Shown here: positions 27,439-37,593 of the stretch, in pieces
Position numbering within the stretch: position 1 is the stretch's first letter
Layout of the letters: every line of letters begins with the position of its first letter
Assembly (NCBI GenBank): GCA_963762255.1
Contig: CAVXKA010000001.1
Coordinates: 1,659,984-1,723,983 of the forward strand
Direction: 5' to 3'
DNA: 64,000 bases
DNA from: Candidatus Eiseniibacteriota bacterium
GTDB taxonomy: Bacteria > Eisenbacteria > RBG-16-71-46 > JABDJR01
The notes under the pieces: model-generated
The model's database searches: none
What the model was told of the DNA's origin: nothing
The model's input: only the letters and a program-made list of their open reading frames with translations
Program-made: the position numbers and the translations under genes

Positions 27439-28634
27439 ACGCCCCGAAGGATTCCGGTCTCGAGAAGTCCGCTCTCATCCGGGAGCTGGCCGACCTCTCG
27501 CGCTTCACCGAGGGGATCCTGCGCACGATGGGCTCCGCGGTGATCGCAGTGAACCCGCAGGGGCGCATCGACTATGTGAACCCGGCGGCGGAGTCGCTTC
27601 TGGGGCGCGGGGCGGTCGATCTCCTCAACCGTCCCGCGGACGACGTTCTCCGCACGCGCGGCGGCGGGAGCCTCCTCGGCGATCTCGCGCAACCGGGCGA
27701 CGCCTCCGGCGAAGTCGACTTGAAGCTCGGCGACGGCCGCATGGTCACCGTGGACGTGCGGGTGAACCGGCACGAAGGGAAAGACGGCGAAGAGGAGGGG
27801 GTCGTAATGATCCTCACCGACCGCACGGATCTCAAGCGGGCTGAGGAAGAAGCGCGCCGCAAGGATCGTCTGGCTTCCCTCGGTGAACTCTCGGCGGGAA
27901 TGGCCCACGAGATCCGTAACCCGCTGGCGGGGATCGCGGCAAGCGCGCAGCTCCTGCACAAGCGGCTCGCCGAGGACGACACGCGCCGCCGCTTCGCCGA
28001 GGTCATCCTGGAGGAGGCGGCCCGCCTCGACCGCATCGTGGACAGCCTGCTCCGCTACGCGAGCCCTCCGGCTCCGCAGTTGGCGGAGGACAGCATGGCG
28101 CGCTGCGTCGAGCGCGCGCTGGCGCTGGTGCGGGACGATGCCGAGCGCTTCCATATCGCGGTGACGCGCGACTTCGACACCGAGCTGCCCAGGATCTGGA
28201 TCGACGGGGACCAGATGGTGCAGGTCGTGCTCAATCTCCTTCGCAACGCCGTGCAGGCGATGGAAGAAGAAGGGGGCACGTTGCGCGTGGCGCTGCGGCG
28301 CGAGAGCCGGCGGCCCTATGTCCGACGCCGCGTCGGCCGTCGCGAGGAGGACGGGGGCGGGCTTCCGCGGGGCCAGGCTCCACTTCAGGACTGGGTCGAA
28401 CTCGAGATTTCCGACTCGGGCCACGGCGTCCCCGCCGAGGCGCTGGAACGCATCTTCGATCCCTTCTTCACCACGCGGCGGTCGGGCACCGGCCTCGGCC
28501 TGCCCATCACGCAAGCCATCGTGCACGAGCACGGGGGTATGATCACCCTGAGCAGCGAACCCGATCGGGGGACGACCGTGCTGGTGGATCTTCCCCTTGA
28601 AAAGCGGCAAGGCCGCCGCCGCGACGGCGTGTAA
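27435..28634 (+). CDS. cytoplasmic PAS sensor histidine kinase (NtrB/FleS/PilS-like)
   Basis: PAS (YVNPAAESLLG), LGELSAGMAHEIRNPL, NLLRNAVQA, DSGHG, FDPFFTT, GTGLGL. Confidence 0.92.
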   Translation: MNAPKDSGLEKSALIRELADLSRFTEGILRTMGSAVIAVNPQGRIDYVNPAAESLLGRGAVDLLNRPADDVLRTRGGGSLLGDLAQPGDASGEVDLKLGDGRMVTVDVRVNRHEGKDGEEEGVVMILTDRTDLKRAEEEARRKDRLASLGELSAGMAHEIRNPLAGIAASAQLLHKRLAEDDTRRRFAEVILEEAARLDRIVDSLLRYASPPAPQLAEDSMARCVERALALVRDDAERFHIAVTRDFDTELPRIWIDGDQMVQVVLNLLRNAVQAMEEEGGTLRVALRRESRRPYVRRRVGRREEDGGGLPRGQAPLQDWVELEISDSGHGVPAEALERIFDPFFTTRRSGTGLGLPITQAIVHEHGGMITLSSEPDRGTTVLVDLPLEKRQGRRRDGV

Positions 28635-28647
28635 GCGAGGAGCGCGC

Positions 28648-30066
<1,419 letters not shown>

Positions 30067-30260
30067 GCGCGAGGGGCCCGCGGTCCCTTCCGCGGAGGAC
30101 CAGGCTATAGGAACCGGCGCCCCCCCGTGGGTGGTCGAATTCTTACCAGTGCCCCGTGGAAGAGCCGGCGTTCGGCCAGTTCCTGACCCCCCGGCCTGCC
30201 CGATTGAACCGGGTACTCTCCCGGGAATGGGGCGTCGAATCGTGGAGGGGTCCTGGTCTT

Positions 30261-30285
30261 TAACTTATTATTTGTAATTGAGTTA
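30261..30285. promoter_or_regulatory. AT-rich IHF-like bending site upstream of the sigma54 promoter
   Basis: TAACTTATTATTTGTAATTGAGTTA in ~70% GC DNA, ~55 bp upstream of the -24 box; only a partial match to the IHF consensus. Confidence 0.4.
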
Positions 30286-30337
30286 TCTCCGGTCAGTCGC
30301 GGCTTCCTTGCCGGACTCATCCCCTCTCCCCGAGCCC

Positions 30338-30353
30338 TGGCCCCCTCTTTGCA
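30338..30353 (+). promoter_or_regulatory. putative sigma54 promoter of the flhG-fliA operon
   Basis: TGGCCCCCTCTTTGCA: GG-N10-GC with TGGC and TTGCA boxes, 113 nt before the flhG-like start. Confidence 0.65.
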
Positions 30354-30466
30354 AATGAAGAAACCCGCGACCGGCGAGGCAACTTGACCTGCCGATTGCG
30401 GGGGGCCCGGCGCCGCCAGGCGACCGGGATTGCGAGAGGCCCGACGAATCCCAGGGGAGCCCACAC

Positions 30467-31411
30467 GTGAGCATGACGCCCGATCCTCGACCTTCGATGG
30501 GATCCTCGAACGCGTCGCGCCCCAGCCTTCACCTGGTTCGCGGGGGGAAGCCCGCGGCCCCGGTTTGCGCGGCGCGCGTGCTTGCGGTGGCGAGCGGCAA
30601 AGGCGGGGTCGGCAAGACCAGCCTCGCCCTCAATATCGGTCTCGCGCTGGCCGGCCTTGGCCGCCGCGTGCTGCTTGTCGACGGCGACCTCGCGCTCGGC
30701 AAGCTGGACCTGCTTCTCGGTGAAGAACCCACGGCCAACCTCGGCCACGTCTTGAACGGCGAGTGCCCGGTGGAGCAGGCGGTCTTCGCCGCGGCCGGGG
30801 GGATACGGGTGCTCGCCAGCCCTTGCGGTCGCGACGAGTTCGCGGTGCTCGACCCCGCGCGGCGCGAACGCTTCTGTGCGGCCATGGCCCGCGCCGGCGC
30901 CGCTGCGGATCTCGTGATCCTCGACCTCGCCACCGGCATCGGACCGAACTCCATCGAACTGGCCCGCCGGGCCGGCGAACTCGTGGTGGTCACCACCCCC
31001 GAGCCGACCGCCAGCATCGACGCGTACGCCTTGATCAAGATCCTCGGTGGGGCGCATGCAGCCGCACCGCGGATCGTCGTGAACCGGGCGCGATCCTCGG
31101 AGGAGGCCGGCGAGGCCTTCGCCCGCCTCGCCCACACCGCGAGCCGCCATCTTCGCACCGAGCTCGTGAGCTGGGGGCACGTGCTGGAGGATGTCGCGGT
31201 CGAGGACGCGGTGAGACGGCAGAGGCCGTTCATCCTGGGCGCCCCCGACGCCCCCGCATCCCGCTGCGTGCGGGATGTGGCGCAGCGACTTCTCTGCGGC
31301 GACCGGCCCGACGAGAGCACTCGGATCCCCGTCCCCGCGAGTTCACCTTCCCTACCCCCGGGCCTCGGCTTCTTCCGTCCCGCCGAGCGCTGTGTATGGG
31401 AGGCAGCATGA
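30467..31411 (+). CDS. FlhG/FleN-like MinD/ParA ATPase
   Basis: VLAVASGKGGVGKTS deviant Walker A, LVDGDL, VVVTTPEPTASIDAYALIK, AVRRQRPF; directly upstream of a FliA-type sigma. Confidence 0.85.
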   Translation: MSMTPDPRPSMGSSNASRPSLHLVRGGKPAAPVCAARVLAVASGKGGVGKTSLALNIGLALAGLGRRVLLVDGDLALGKLDLLLGEEPTANLGHVLNGECPVEQAVFAAAGGIRVLASPCGRDEFAVLDPARRERFCAAMARAGAAADLVILDLATGIGPNSIELARRAGELVVVTTPEPTASIDAYALIKILGGAHAAAPRIVVNRARSSEEAGEAFARLAHTASRHLRTELVSWGHVLEDVAVEDAVRRQRPFILGAPDAPASRCVRDVAQRLLCGDRPDESTRIPVPASSPSLPPGLGFFRPAERCVWEAA

Positions 31412-31449
31412 GTCCGTCCCCCCGAACCGTGACAAGGAGAGACCGTCCC

Positions 31450-32226
31450 ATGGCAACGCAACGTGCCGCCCTCGTCGAGGTCAGTCCGGCCGAGACCCCG
31501 CGTCCCAAGGCGTGGAAGAAACCCTCGAAGGATGAGGCGTTTCGGCGTTACGCGCCGCTCATGAAGTACGTGGTGGATCGCGTGGCCTCCAACGTTCCCA
31601 AGTACGTGGAACGCGACGACCTTCTCAATGCCGCGGCCCTCGGCCTCTTCGATGCCCTGGAGAAGTACGACTTCGGCAAGGGCACCAAGTTCGAGACCTA
31701 CGCGGTGTGGCGCATTCGCGGTGCGGTGCTCGACGAGCTGCGCGCGATGGATTGGGCCAGCCGCTCGGTGCGGCGCAAGGCCCGGCACGTCGACGCCATG
31801 ACCCGCGACCTGGATCAGCGGCTCGGTCGCGCGGCCAGCGACGACGAACTTGCCGAGACCATGGACGTCTCCTCGGTCGAGATGGCCCGTCTTCTCGAGG
31901 AAGTGCGGGGCGTCGTGCTCCTTTCCCTCAACCAACCGGCCGGGGACGGCGAGGAAGGGCACTCCGGCGGTCTCGCCGAGGTCATCGAGGATCCCAACAC
32001 CGAGGACGCGCTCAGCGAGCTGGAGCGCGCGCAGATGTCGGACATCCTCGTGGACATCATCAGCGATCTCACCGAGCAGGAGAAGCTCGTGCTCGCGCTC
32101 TACTACTACGAAGAGATGACGCTCAAGGAGATCGGGCAGACGCTTGGCATCTCGGAATCGCGCGTCTCGCAGATCCACACGAAAGCGATCGGGCGGCTCC
32201 GCGGCCGCGTGCGCAAGGCTGCCTGA
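31450..32226 (+). CDS. fliA: FliA/WhiG-family RNA polymerase sigma28 factor
   Basis: KFETYAVWRIRGAVLDELRAMDWASRSVR, LVLALYYYEEMTLKEIGQTLGISESRVSQIH; RBS AAGGAG; alternative ATG at 31408. Confidence 0.9.
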   Translation: MATQRAALVEVSPAETPRPKAWKKPSKDEAFRRYAPLMKYVVDRVASNVPKYVERDDLLNAAALGLFDALEKYDFGKGTKFETYAVWRIRGAVLDELRAMDWASRSVRRKARHVDAMTRDLDQRLGRAASDDELAETMDVSSVEMARLLEEVRGVVLLSLNQPAGDGEEGHSGGLAEVIEDPNTEDALSELERAQMSDILVDIISDLTEQEKLVLALYYYEEMTLKEIGQTLGISESRVSQIHTKAIGRLRGRVRKAA

Positions 32227-32255
32227 ACCACCATCCGAACCGGGGGGACGATCCA

Positions 32256-33578
32256 GTGAAAACCACGACCACGAAGCAATTGAACGGCAGCGCGGCGCCG
32301 CGCACCAAGGCGACGGCGCCCTCGGCCAAGACCGCCACGCCCTCGGCCAAGACCGCCGCGCCTTCGACGAAGACGGCGCCCACCTGCGCCAAGGCCATGC
32401 GCGAGAAGAAGGCCCTGGTGGCCTCTCTCCAGGGACTCGGTCTCCTTGCGGACGACGCCGCCGAGCGCCTGGAGCAGAAAGCGGACAAGCTGGCCGACGC
32501 CAACGGCGACGCGCTGGCTCAGGCGTCCGGATGGGATCACGCGCTGGCAACGACCCTCAACGAGTTCGCGGCGGACGGCGGTGACAGCCGCGCCAGCGAT
32601 TCACTGAACGCGCTGATCGCGTGGCACAACGCGCTCGACGCGCTGCCCGCGACCGAAGAGGGCCTGCGACACGCGATCGTCACGCTCAAGCGCGCGATCC
32701 CCCACGATGGCGCTTCGATCTACTTGCGCGACTCCGACGCCGCGACGGTGTCACCCTTTCTCCATCAGGGCATCGAGGTGGAACTCATCGGGCGCATCCG
32801 TTTCACGGAGGGGCAGGGCTTCTCGTCCTGGGTGGCCGGGCGTCGTCGTCCGGTCCTCTACACGTCCGTGCACCGCAACGAGGCGCCCACGGCGATCCTG
32901 GTCCGATCGTTCATCGCGGTGCCGCTCGTGGTGGGCTCCGACTGCCTGGGCGTGCTCCAGATCGGGAGCCTCAAGGACGGCTACTTCACACCGCGCTCGC
33001 TACGCGTGGTCATCCTCGCCGCCGCCATGCTGGCCGGCCTGGTGCAGCGGTACATCGCTCGGCGCCAACTCGCCGCGCGCGAGATCCGCGACGCCGTCAC
33101 CGGGCTCGCGACTCCGGACTACCTGCGCCTGCGCCTCGACGAGGAGGTGGCGCGCTGCAGCGAACTCGGGCACTCGATGAGCGTGGTCACCCTGCGTCTC
33201 GACGGCCTCGACGCCCACGTCGAACGTTTCGGTCCCGACTATCGCGACCGCTGCCGGGCCGAACTGGCCGAACTGGTCAACGCCTGGCGCGGGCCCGCCG
33301 AGCTGGTGGCCCTCGATGCCTCGGGCAAGATCCTCGCCCTCCTTCCCTCCAAGCGGCGGGACCGTGCCGGTGAGCGGGTGGCGGCTCTGGTCGCCGCGGT
33401 CGAGAAACATAACTTCCCGCGCCGCAAGCGGATGTCCCTCCTGGCCGGGATATCGGCGTACCCCGCCGATGCCGACGATGCTCAAGGCCTGCTCTCGCAA
33501 GCCGATAATGACCTGTATGAATCGACTCGGGCCGGCGGGCAGGAGCCCGCGGCACTCGAGACGGTGGCCTTGTCCTAG
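32256..33578 (+). CDS. GAF + degenerate GGDEF-domain protein with N-terminal Ala/Thr/Lys repeat
   Basis: GAF (GQGFSSWVA...RSFIAVPL..GVLQIG); GGDEF fold (DAVTGL...YPADA..LLSQAD..LY) with the GGDEF motif replaced by ASGKI; repeats APSAKTA. Confidence 0.8.
   Translation: MKTTTTKQLNGSAAPRTKATAPSAKTATPSAKTAAPSTKTAPTCAKAMREKKALVASLQGLGLLADDAAERLEQKADKLADANGDALAQASGWDHALATTLNEFAADGGDSRASDSLNALIAWHNALDALPATEEGLRHAIVTLKRAIPHDGASIYLRDSDAATVSPFLHQGIEVELIGRIRFTEGQGFSSWVAGRRRPVLYTSVHRNEAPTAILVRSFIAVPLVVGSDCLGVLQIGSLKDGYFTPRSLRVVILAAAMLAGLVQRYIARRQLAAREIRDAVTGLATPDYLRLRLDEEVARCSELGHSMSVVTLRLDGLDAHVERFGPDYRDRCRAELAELVNAWRGPAELVALDASGKILALLPSKRRDRAGERVAALVAAVEKHNFPRRKRMSLLAGISAYPADADDAQGLLSQADNDLYESTRAGGQEPAALETVALS
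33482..33508 (+). promoter_or_regulatory. putative sigma28 promoter of the hybrid kinase (inside the upstream CDS)
   Basis: TCAA-N15-GCCGATAA: consensus -10 and canonical spacing, ~95 nt before the ATG at 33603. Confidence 0.6.
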
Positions 33579-33602
33579 CCCGATAGGGTGAAGCGGGATT
33601 CC

Positions 33603-35342
33603 ATGACCCAACCATCGGACAAAGTCGACCCCAAGGCGGCGCAGCCCAGGCTGTTGATCGTCGACGACGAAGAAAACGTCGTCGAGATCCTCGCCGATCT
33701 GTTCTCCGAGAAGCCGTACGACGTCGACACCGTCAACACCGGTGAAGAAGCGATCGAGCGCCTCGGCACGGGCCGATACGACCTGGTTCTCACCGACATC
33801 AACCTCCCCGGGGTGAACGGCCTCGAGGTCGTCGGTGCGGCCAAGAATGCGGACCCCGAGATGGTCGTGATCGTCATCACCGGGTACGCCTCCACCGGCA
33901 CCGCCATCGATGCTTTGCGACGCGGTGCGTACGACTACATCACCAAGCCCTTCGATCTCTGGGAAGTGGAGCAGATCGTCGGCCGCGGCCTCGAGGGGCG
34001 CCGGCTCATTCATGAGAACCGCCGCCTCGTTCAGGATTTGCAGTCGGCGAACGAAGAGCTGCGCCGCCACGAGGAGATCCTCAAGGAGAAGGTCGCGGTC
34101 GCCACTCGCCGCATCCGCACGCTCTACGAGATCAGCAAGGACGTCAACGCGAGTCTCGATGTCGCCAACACGCTGCACTTCATCGTCAGCCAGGCGGCGG
34201 TGCTCAGTCACGCCCGTATGGGGCTGCTCTTCCGCCGGCGCGAAAACACCGATACCTTTGTGGCCGAGACCGGATTCGGACCGGCCGCGGAGCTGGTCGG
34301 CACGGCCACCGTCCACACCGGCCGCGGGGTGATCGGAAAGGTCGCCGAGACCCTCGTGCCGGCCTGCGCCGACGACACGGAAGCGCGCGGCTTCAGCGAG
34401 GGGTTCCTCGCCGACTTGAGCGTCTGCACGGTGCTCGCGGTTCCGCTCCAGCACAAGGGCCGCCTCCTGGGCGTCCTGACCGTGATGGAGAAGGAAGACG
34501 GGGTCTTCACCGACGCGGATCGCGATCTTCTCGAGTCCTTCGCGTCTCAGGCCGGCATGGCGCTGGGCAACGCCGAACTCTACGAGACGGCTCGCGAACT
34601 CGACCGCATGAAGTCGGAGTTCGTGGCCGTAGTCTCCCACGAGGTGCGCACGCCGCTGACCTCCATCCAGGGATCCCTCGAACTCGTTCTGGACGAGCGT
34701 TACTTCGAGATGGTCCCCAAGATGCGCGAACTCTTGAGCATCTGCCAGACCAACGTCGAGCGCTTGCGGCTTCTCATCAACGACATCCTCGATTTCTCGA
34801 AGATCGAGGCGAGTCGCTTGAGCCTGAACTTCTCGCCGATGGCGATGGGTGAGCTGGCCGGCGAAGTGGTCGCCTCCATGGAGGCGCTGGCCGGACAGAA
34901 GGGGATCGTGATGCGCGTGGACGTCGCCGACGATCTGCCCTCCATTCAGGCCGACCGGATTCGCGTGGGGCAGGTTCTCGGCAACCTGCTCGGCAATGCG
35001 CTCAAGTTCACTCCCATGGGCGGGCAAGTGGACCTGATCGTGGATGCCACTCCGCAGGGCGGGGTGCAGTGCGTGGTGAGCGACACCGGAGCCGGCATCG
35101 CTCCCGAGGACCTGGGCAAGCTCTTCCAGAAATTTCAGCAGATCGACTCCTCGCTCACTCGCAAGCAGGGGGGAACCGGTCTCGGATTGGTGATCTCGAA
35201 AGGGCTCGTCGAGGGGCACGGCGGCCGCATATGGGTCGAGAGCCAGGTCGGAGTGGGCAGCCGCTTCTGCTTCAGTCTCCCCTCGGTACCTCCGGACGCC
35301 GCGACGGACGGAGAGGCCCAGGAATCCGCGAAGGCCGCCTGA
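33603..35342 (+). CDS. hybrid histidine kinase (REC-GAF-HisKA-HATPase)
   Basis: LIVDDE...LTDINLPG REC; GAF; VSHEVRTPL; NLLGNALKFT; DTGAGI; GGTGLGL; alternative GTG at 33588. Confidence 0.92.
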   Translation: MTQPSDKVDPKAAQPRLLIVDDEENVVEILADLFSEKPYDVDTVNTGEEAIERLGTGRYDLVLTDINLPGVNGLEVVGAAKNADPEMVVIVITGYASTGTAIDALRRGAYDYITKPFDLWEVEQIVGRGLEGRRLIHENRRLVQDLQSANEELRRHEEILKEKVAVATRRIRTLYEISKDVNASLDVANTLHFIVSQAAVLSHARMGLLFRRRENTDTFVAETGFGPAAELVGTATVHTGRGVIGKVAETLVPACADDTEARGFSEGFLADLSVCTVLAVPLQHKGRLLGVLTVMEKEDGVFTDADRDLLESFASQAGMALGNAELYETARELDRMKSEFVAVVSHEVRTPLTSIQGSLELVLDERYFEMVPKMRELLSICQTNVERLRLLINDILDFSKIEASRLSLNFSPMAMGELAGEVVASMEALAGQKGIVMRVDVADDLPSIQADRIRVGQVLGNLLGNALKFTPMGGQVDLIVDATPQGGVQCVVSDTGAGIAPEDLGKLFQKFQQIDSSLTRKQGGTGLGLVISKGLVEGHGGRIWVESQVGVGSRFCFSLPSVPPDAATDGEAQESAKAA

Positions 35343-35421
35343 TAGGATCATCGGGCTTGGAGCCGGGATACGTGATAGACTGTGTCTTGTTTATCCCCGC
35401 CTCCCGAGAACGACGATAACC

Positions 35422-36510
35422 ATGAGCCAACCCATCCGCCTTGAGCCACCCGCCGAGCCCTCGGCGAGCTTCCCGCACGCGCGGGCTCACCGGCGCGTGG
35501 TCCCGGAGGACGTGCTCCTCGTCCTGACCTACCGCTGCAACTCCCGGTGCGTGATGTGCGGCATCTGGGAAGGCGACCAGTCGGGGAAGGGGGAGCTCAC
35601 CCCCGAAGAGTACGCAAAGATCCTCCCCGCCACGCTGCGCGACATCAACCTCACCGGCGGCGAGGTCTTCCTGCGCAACGATCTTCCCGAAGTGGTCGCG
35701 GTGGTGCATGGGACCGTGCCCAAGGCCCGCATCGTGATCTCGACGAACGGTCTGCAACCCCGGCGGACCGAGAAGATGCTCCCCGAGATCCTCAAGGCCG
35801 CCCCCGGGATCGGGTTCGCGATCTCGATCGACGGCGAGGAAGGGGTTCACGACAAGGTGCGCGGCATCCGCGGCGGGTGGAAGAAGGCCTACGAAACGGT
35901 GCAGCTCATCCAGGCGGCGGGCGTAACCAATCTGCGGATCGCGTTCACCGCCACCGTGACCGAGGTCGCCGACAACACCTCGCACCTGGGCAAGATCTAC
36001 GACCTCGCCCGGCGGACCGGCGTCGAGTTCACCTGCGCGGTGGCCCACAACTCCGATCACTATTTCAAGACCAGCGCCAACAGCGGGGTGAACGTGGAGG
36101 AGCTGGCCCGACAGCTCGACTACGTGGCCGGCAACGAACTGCGCAGCCGACGACTGAAGAGCTGGCTCCGCGCGTATTTCCACAAGGGTCTGGTCCAGCA
36201 TGTCCGGGCCAACGTGCGCCCCACGCCCTGCGAGGCGGGGCACACCAGCCTCATGATCGACCCGCGCGGGGACGTCTATCCCTGCAACATCCTGAACCTG
36301 CCGGTCGGCAACGTCCGCGAGACGCCGTTCGAGGAGATCTGGTTGTCCCAGCGCATGGAAGCCGCTCGGGAGGTGGTTCGCCAGTGCAACCAACCCTGCT
36401 GGATGGTGTGCACCGCCCGGGCGAGCATGCGGCGGGACAAGCGGCAGGTCCTCTCCTGGGTCGTGGCCAACAAGGCGCGGGCGCACCTCGGCAAGCCGAT
36501 CATCCGGTGA
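35422..36510 (+). CDS. radical SAM / SPASM-domain protein
   Basis: YRCNSRCVMC, LTGGEVFL, STNG, SIDG; C-terminal CEAG...GDVYPC...GNVRE...CNQPCWMVC. Confidence 0.88.
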   Translation: MSQPIRLEPPAEPSASFPHARAHRRVVPEDVLLVLTYRCNSRCVMCGIWEGDQSGKGELTPEEYAKILPATLRDINLTGGEVFLRNDLPEVVAVVHGTVPKARIVISTNGLQPRRTEKMLPEILKAAPGIGFAISIDGEEGVHDKVRGIRGGWKKAYETVQLIQAAGVTNLRIAFTATVTEVADNTSHLGKIYDLARRTGVEFTCAVAHNSDHYFKTSANSGVNVEELARQLDYVAGNELRSRRLKSWLRAYFHKGLVQHVRANVRPTPCEAGHTSLMIDPRGDVYPCNILNLPVGNVRETPFEEIWLSQRMEAAREVVRQCNQPCWMVCTARASMRRDKRQVLSWVVANKARAHLGKPIIR

Positions 36511-36564
36511 CCCTCCCCGATTGCGCCATTTGACGCAGTCGGGTCGCGGGGACGGAATCGCCGC

Positions 36565-36591
36565 GCAACGCTTCGTTCGCGGAGCCGATAT
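36565..36591 (+). promoter_or_regulatory. weak putative sigma28 promoter at the head of the polysaccharide genes
   Basis: GCAA-N15-GCCGATAT, 62 nt before the GTG at 36654. Confidence 0.4.
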
Positions 36592-36653
36592 TCCACTATA
36601 GAAGTCCTCTCGAAGCGCCCGTTCGTCCACTTTCAACTTGGGGTTATCCCGCT

Positions 36654-37409
36654 GTGCCGATCGAAGCCCTCATCCTCGCGGAGGGTGGAACCGGTCGACT
36701 CCGGCCGCTCACCGACCACGTGCCCACGAGCGTGCTACCGGTGGGCGGGACGTCGATCCTCGACCACCAGATCCAAGTGCTGCGGAGTATGGATGTCGGC
36801 ACGGTCACGGTGATCGGCGGGTACCGCGGCGCTCAGGTCGAGCAGATCTGCCGCTCGTACCCGGATGTGCGCTTCTGCCTGAACCCCCGGTTCAATCGGG
36901 AGGAGCCTTTTCTCGATGCGGTCCGTATGGCCGGCCTGGTCCCCGGGGCACCTCTCCTCGTGGTGCGCGGAGATCTCCTCTTCGACTCCGAGTTGATCGG
37001 TCTGGTGATGTCGACGTCCGCGCCCGATTGCGTGGTGGTCGACGCCGAGCGGCAGGCGCTCGGTCTGTGGCGCCTTTCCGCATCGACGGTCAAGGCGCTC
37101 CTCGACACCTCTGTCGAGTCCGACGCCGCCGAGCAGTCGCTGCATGCGACGCTCGATCGCCTCATGTCCCGGGATGGCGCGGAGCCGATCTCCCCGAACG
37201 GGCACCCCTGGGTCCGGATCGAGAGCCTCGAGACCCTGGCGCGCGCGCTGCGGGTGGAGCGGCGAATCGCCGAGGTGCGTGTGGCCCGCACGACAGCCCG
37301 ACTGGGCCTGCTGGATGCCTCGGAGCGCCCGGCGCGCATCTCCCGGGTGCCGCTGGCGGAGTGGGGAAAGTACCCGGTGCCTCCCGCGTTCTCCAAGAAC
37401 GCGGCGTGA
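36654..37409 (+). CDS. nucleotidyltransferase-family (LicC/NTP transferase-like) protein with degenerate motif
   Basis: ILAEGGTGRLRPLTDHVPTSVLPVGG, VIGGY, VVRGDLLF, WVRIES. Confidence 0.7.
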   Translation: MPIEALILAEGGTGRLRPLTDHVPTSVLPVGGTSILDHQIQVLRSMDVGTVTVIGGYRGAQVEQICRSYPDVRFCLNPRFNREEPFLDAVRMAGLVPGAPLLVVRGDLLFDSELIGLVMSTSAPDCVVVDAERQALGLWRLSASTVKALLDTSVESDAAEQSLHATLDRLMSRDGAEPISPNGHPWVRIESLETLARALRVERRIAEVRVARTTARLGLLDASERPARISRVPLAEWGKYPVPPAFSKNAA

Positions 37410-37593
37410 TCCCGCCCGGGCGGGGGGCTCTCGCCCGCAACCCCCTAGCTTAGAAGTTGTTGGCCCAAAAGCATCGTGATAGCCTACGAACTCGGCCCAA
37501 GCTGGTGCCTGGCAGGGCGGGAATGCCAAGGGGGGCCCACCCTTCCTGCCGCTATTGGCGGAAGTATCCCCCTCAGGTGAGCCACCCTCGATC

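Noticed and set aside
35391-35419. GACGATAA as a sigma28 -10 box for the radical SAM gene
   Set aside because: Too close to the ATG at 35422 and no properly spaced -35
37526-37555. CCAAG...GCCGCTAT as a sigma28 promoter for the priming transferase
   Set aside because: 18-nt spacing and a mismatch in the -10 box
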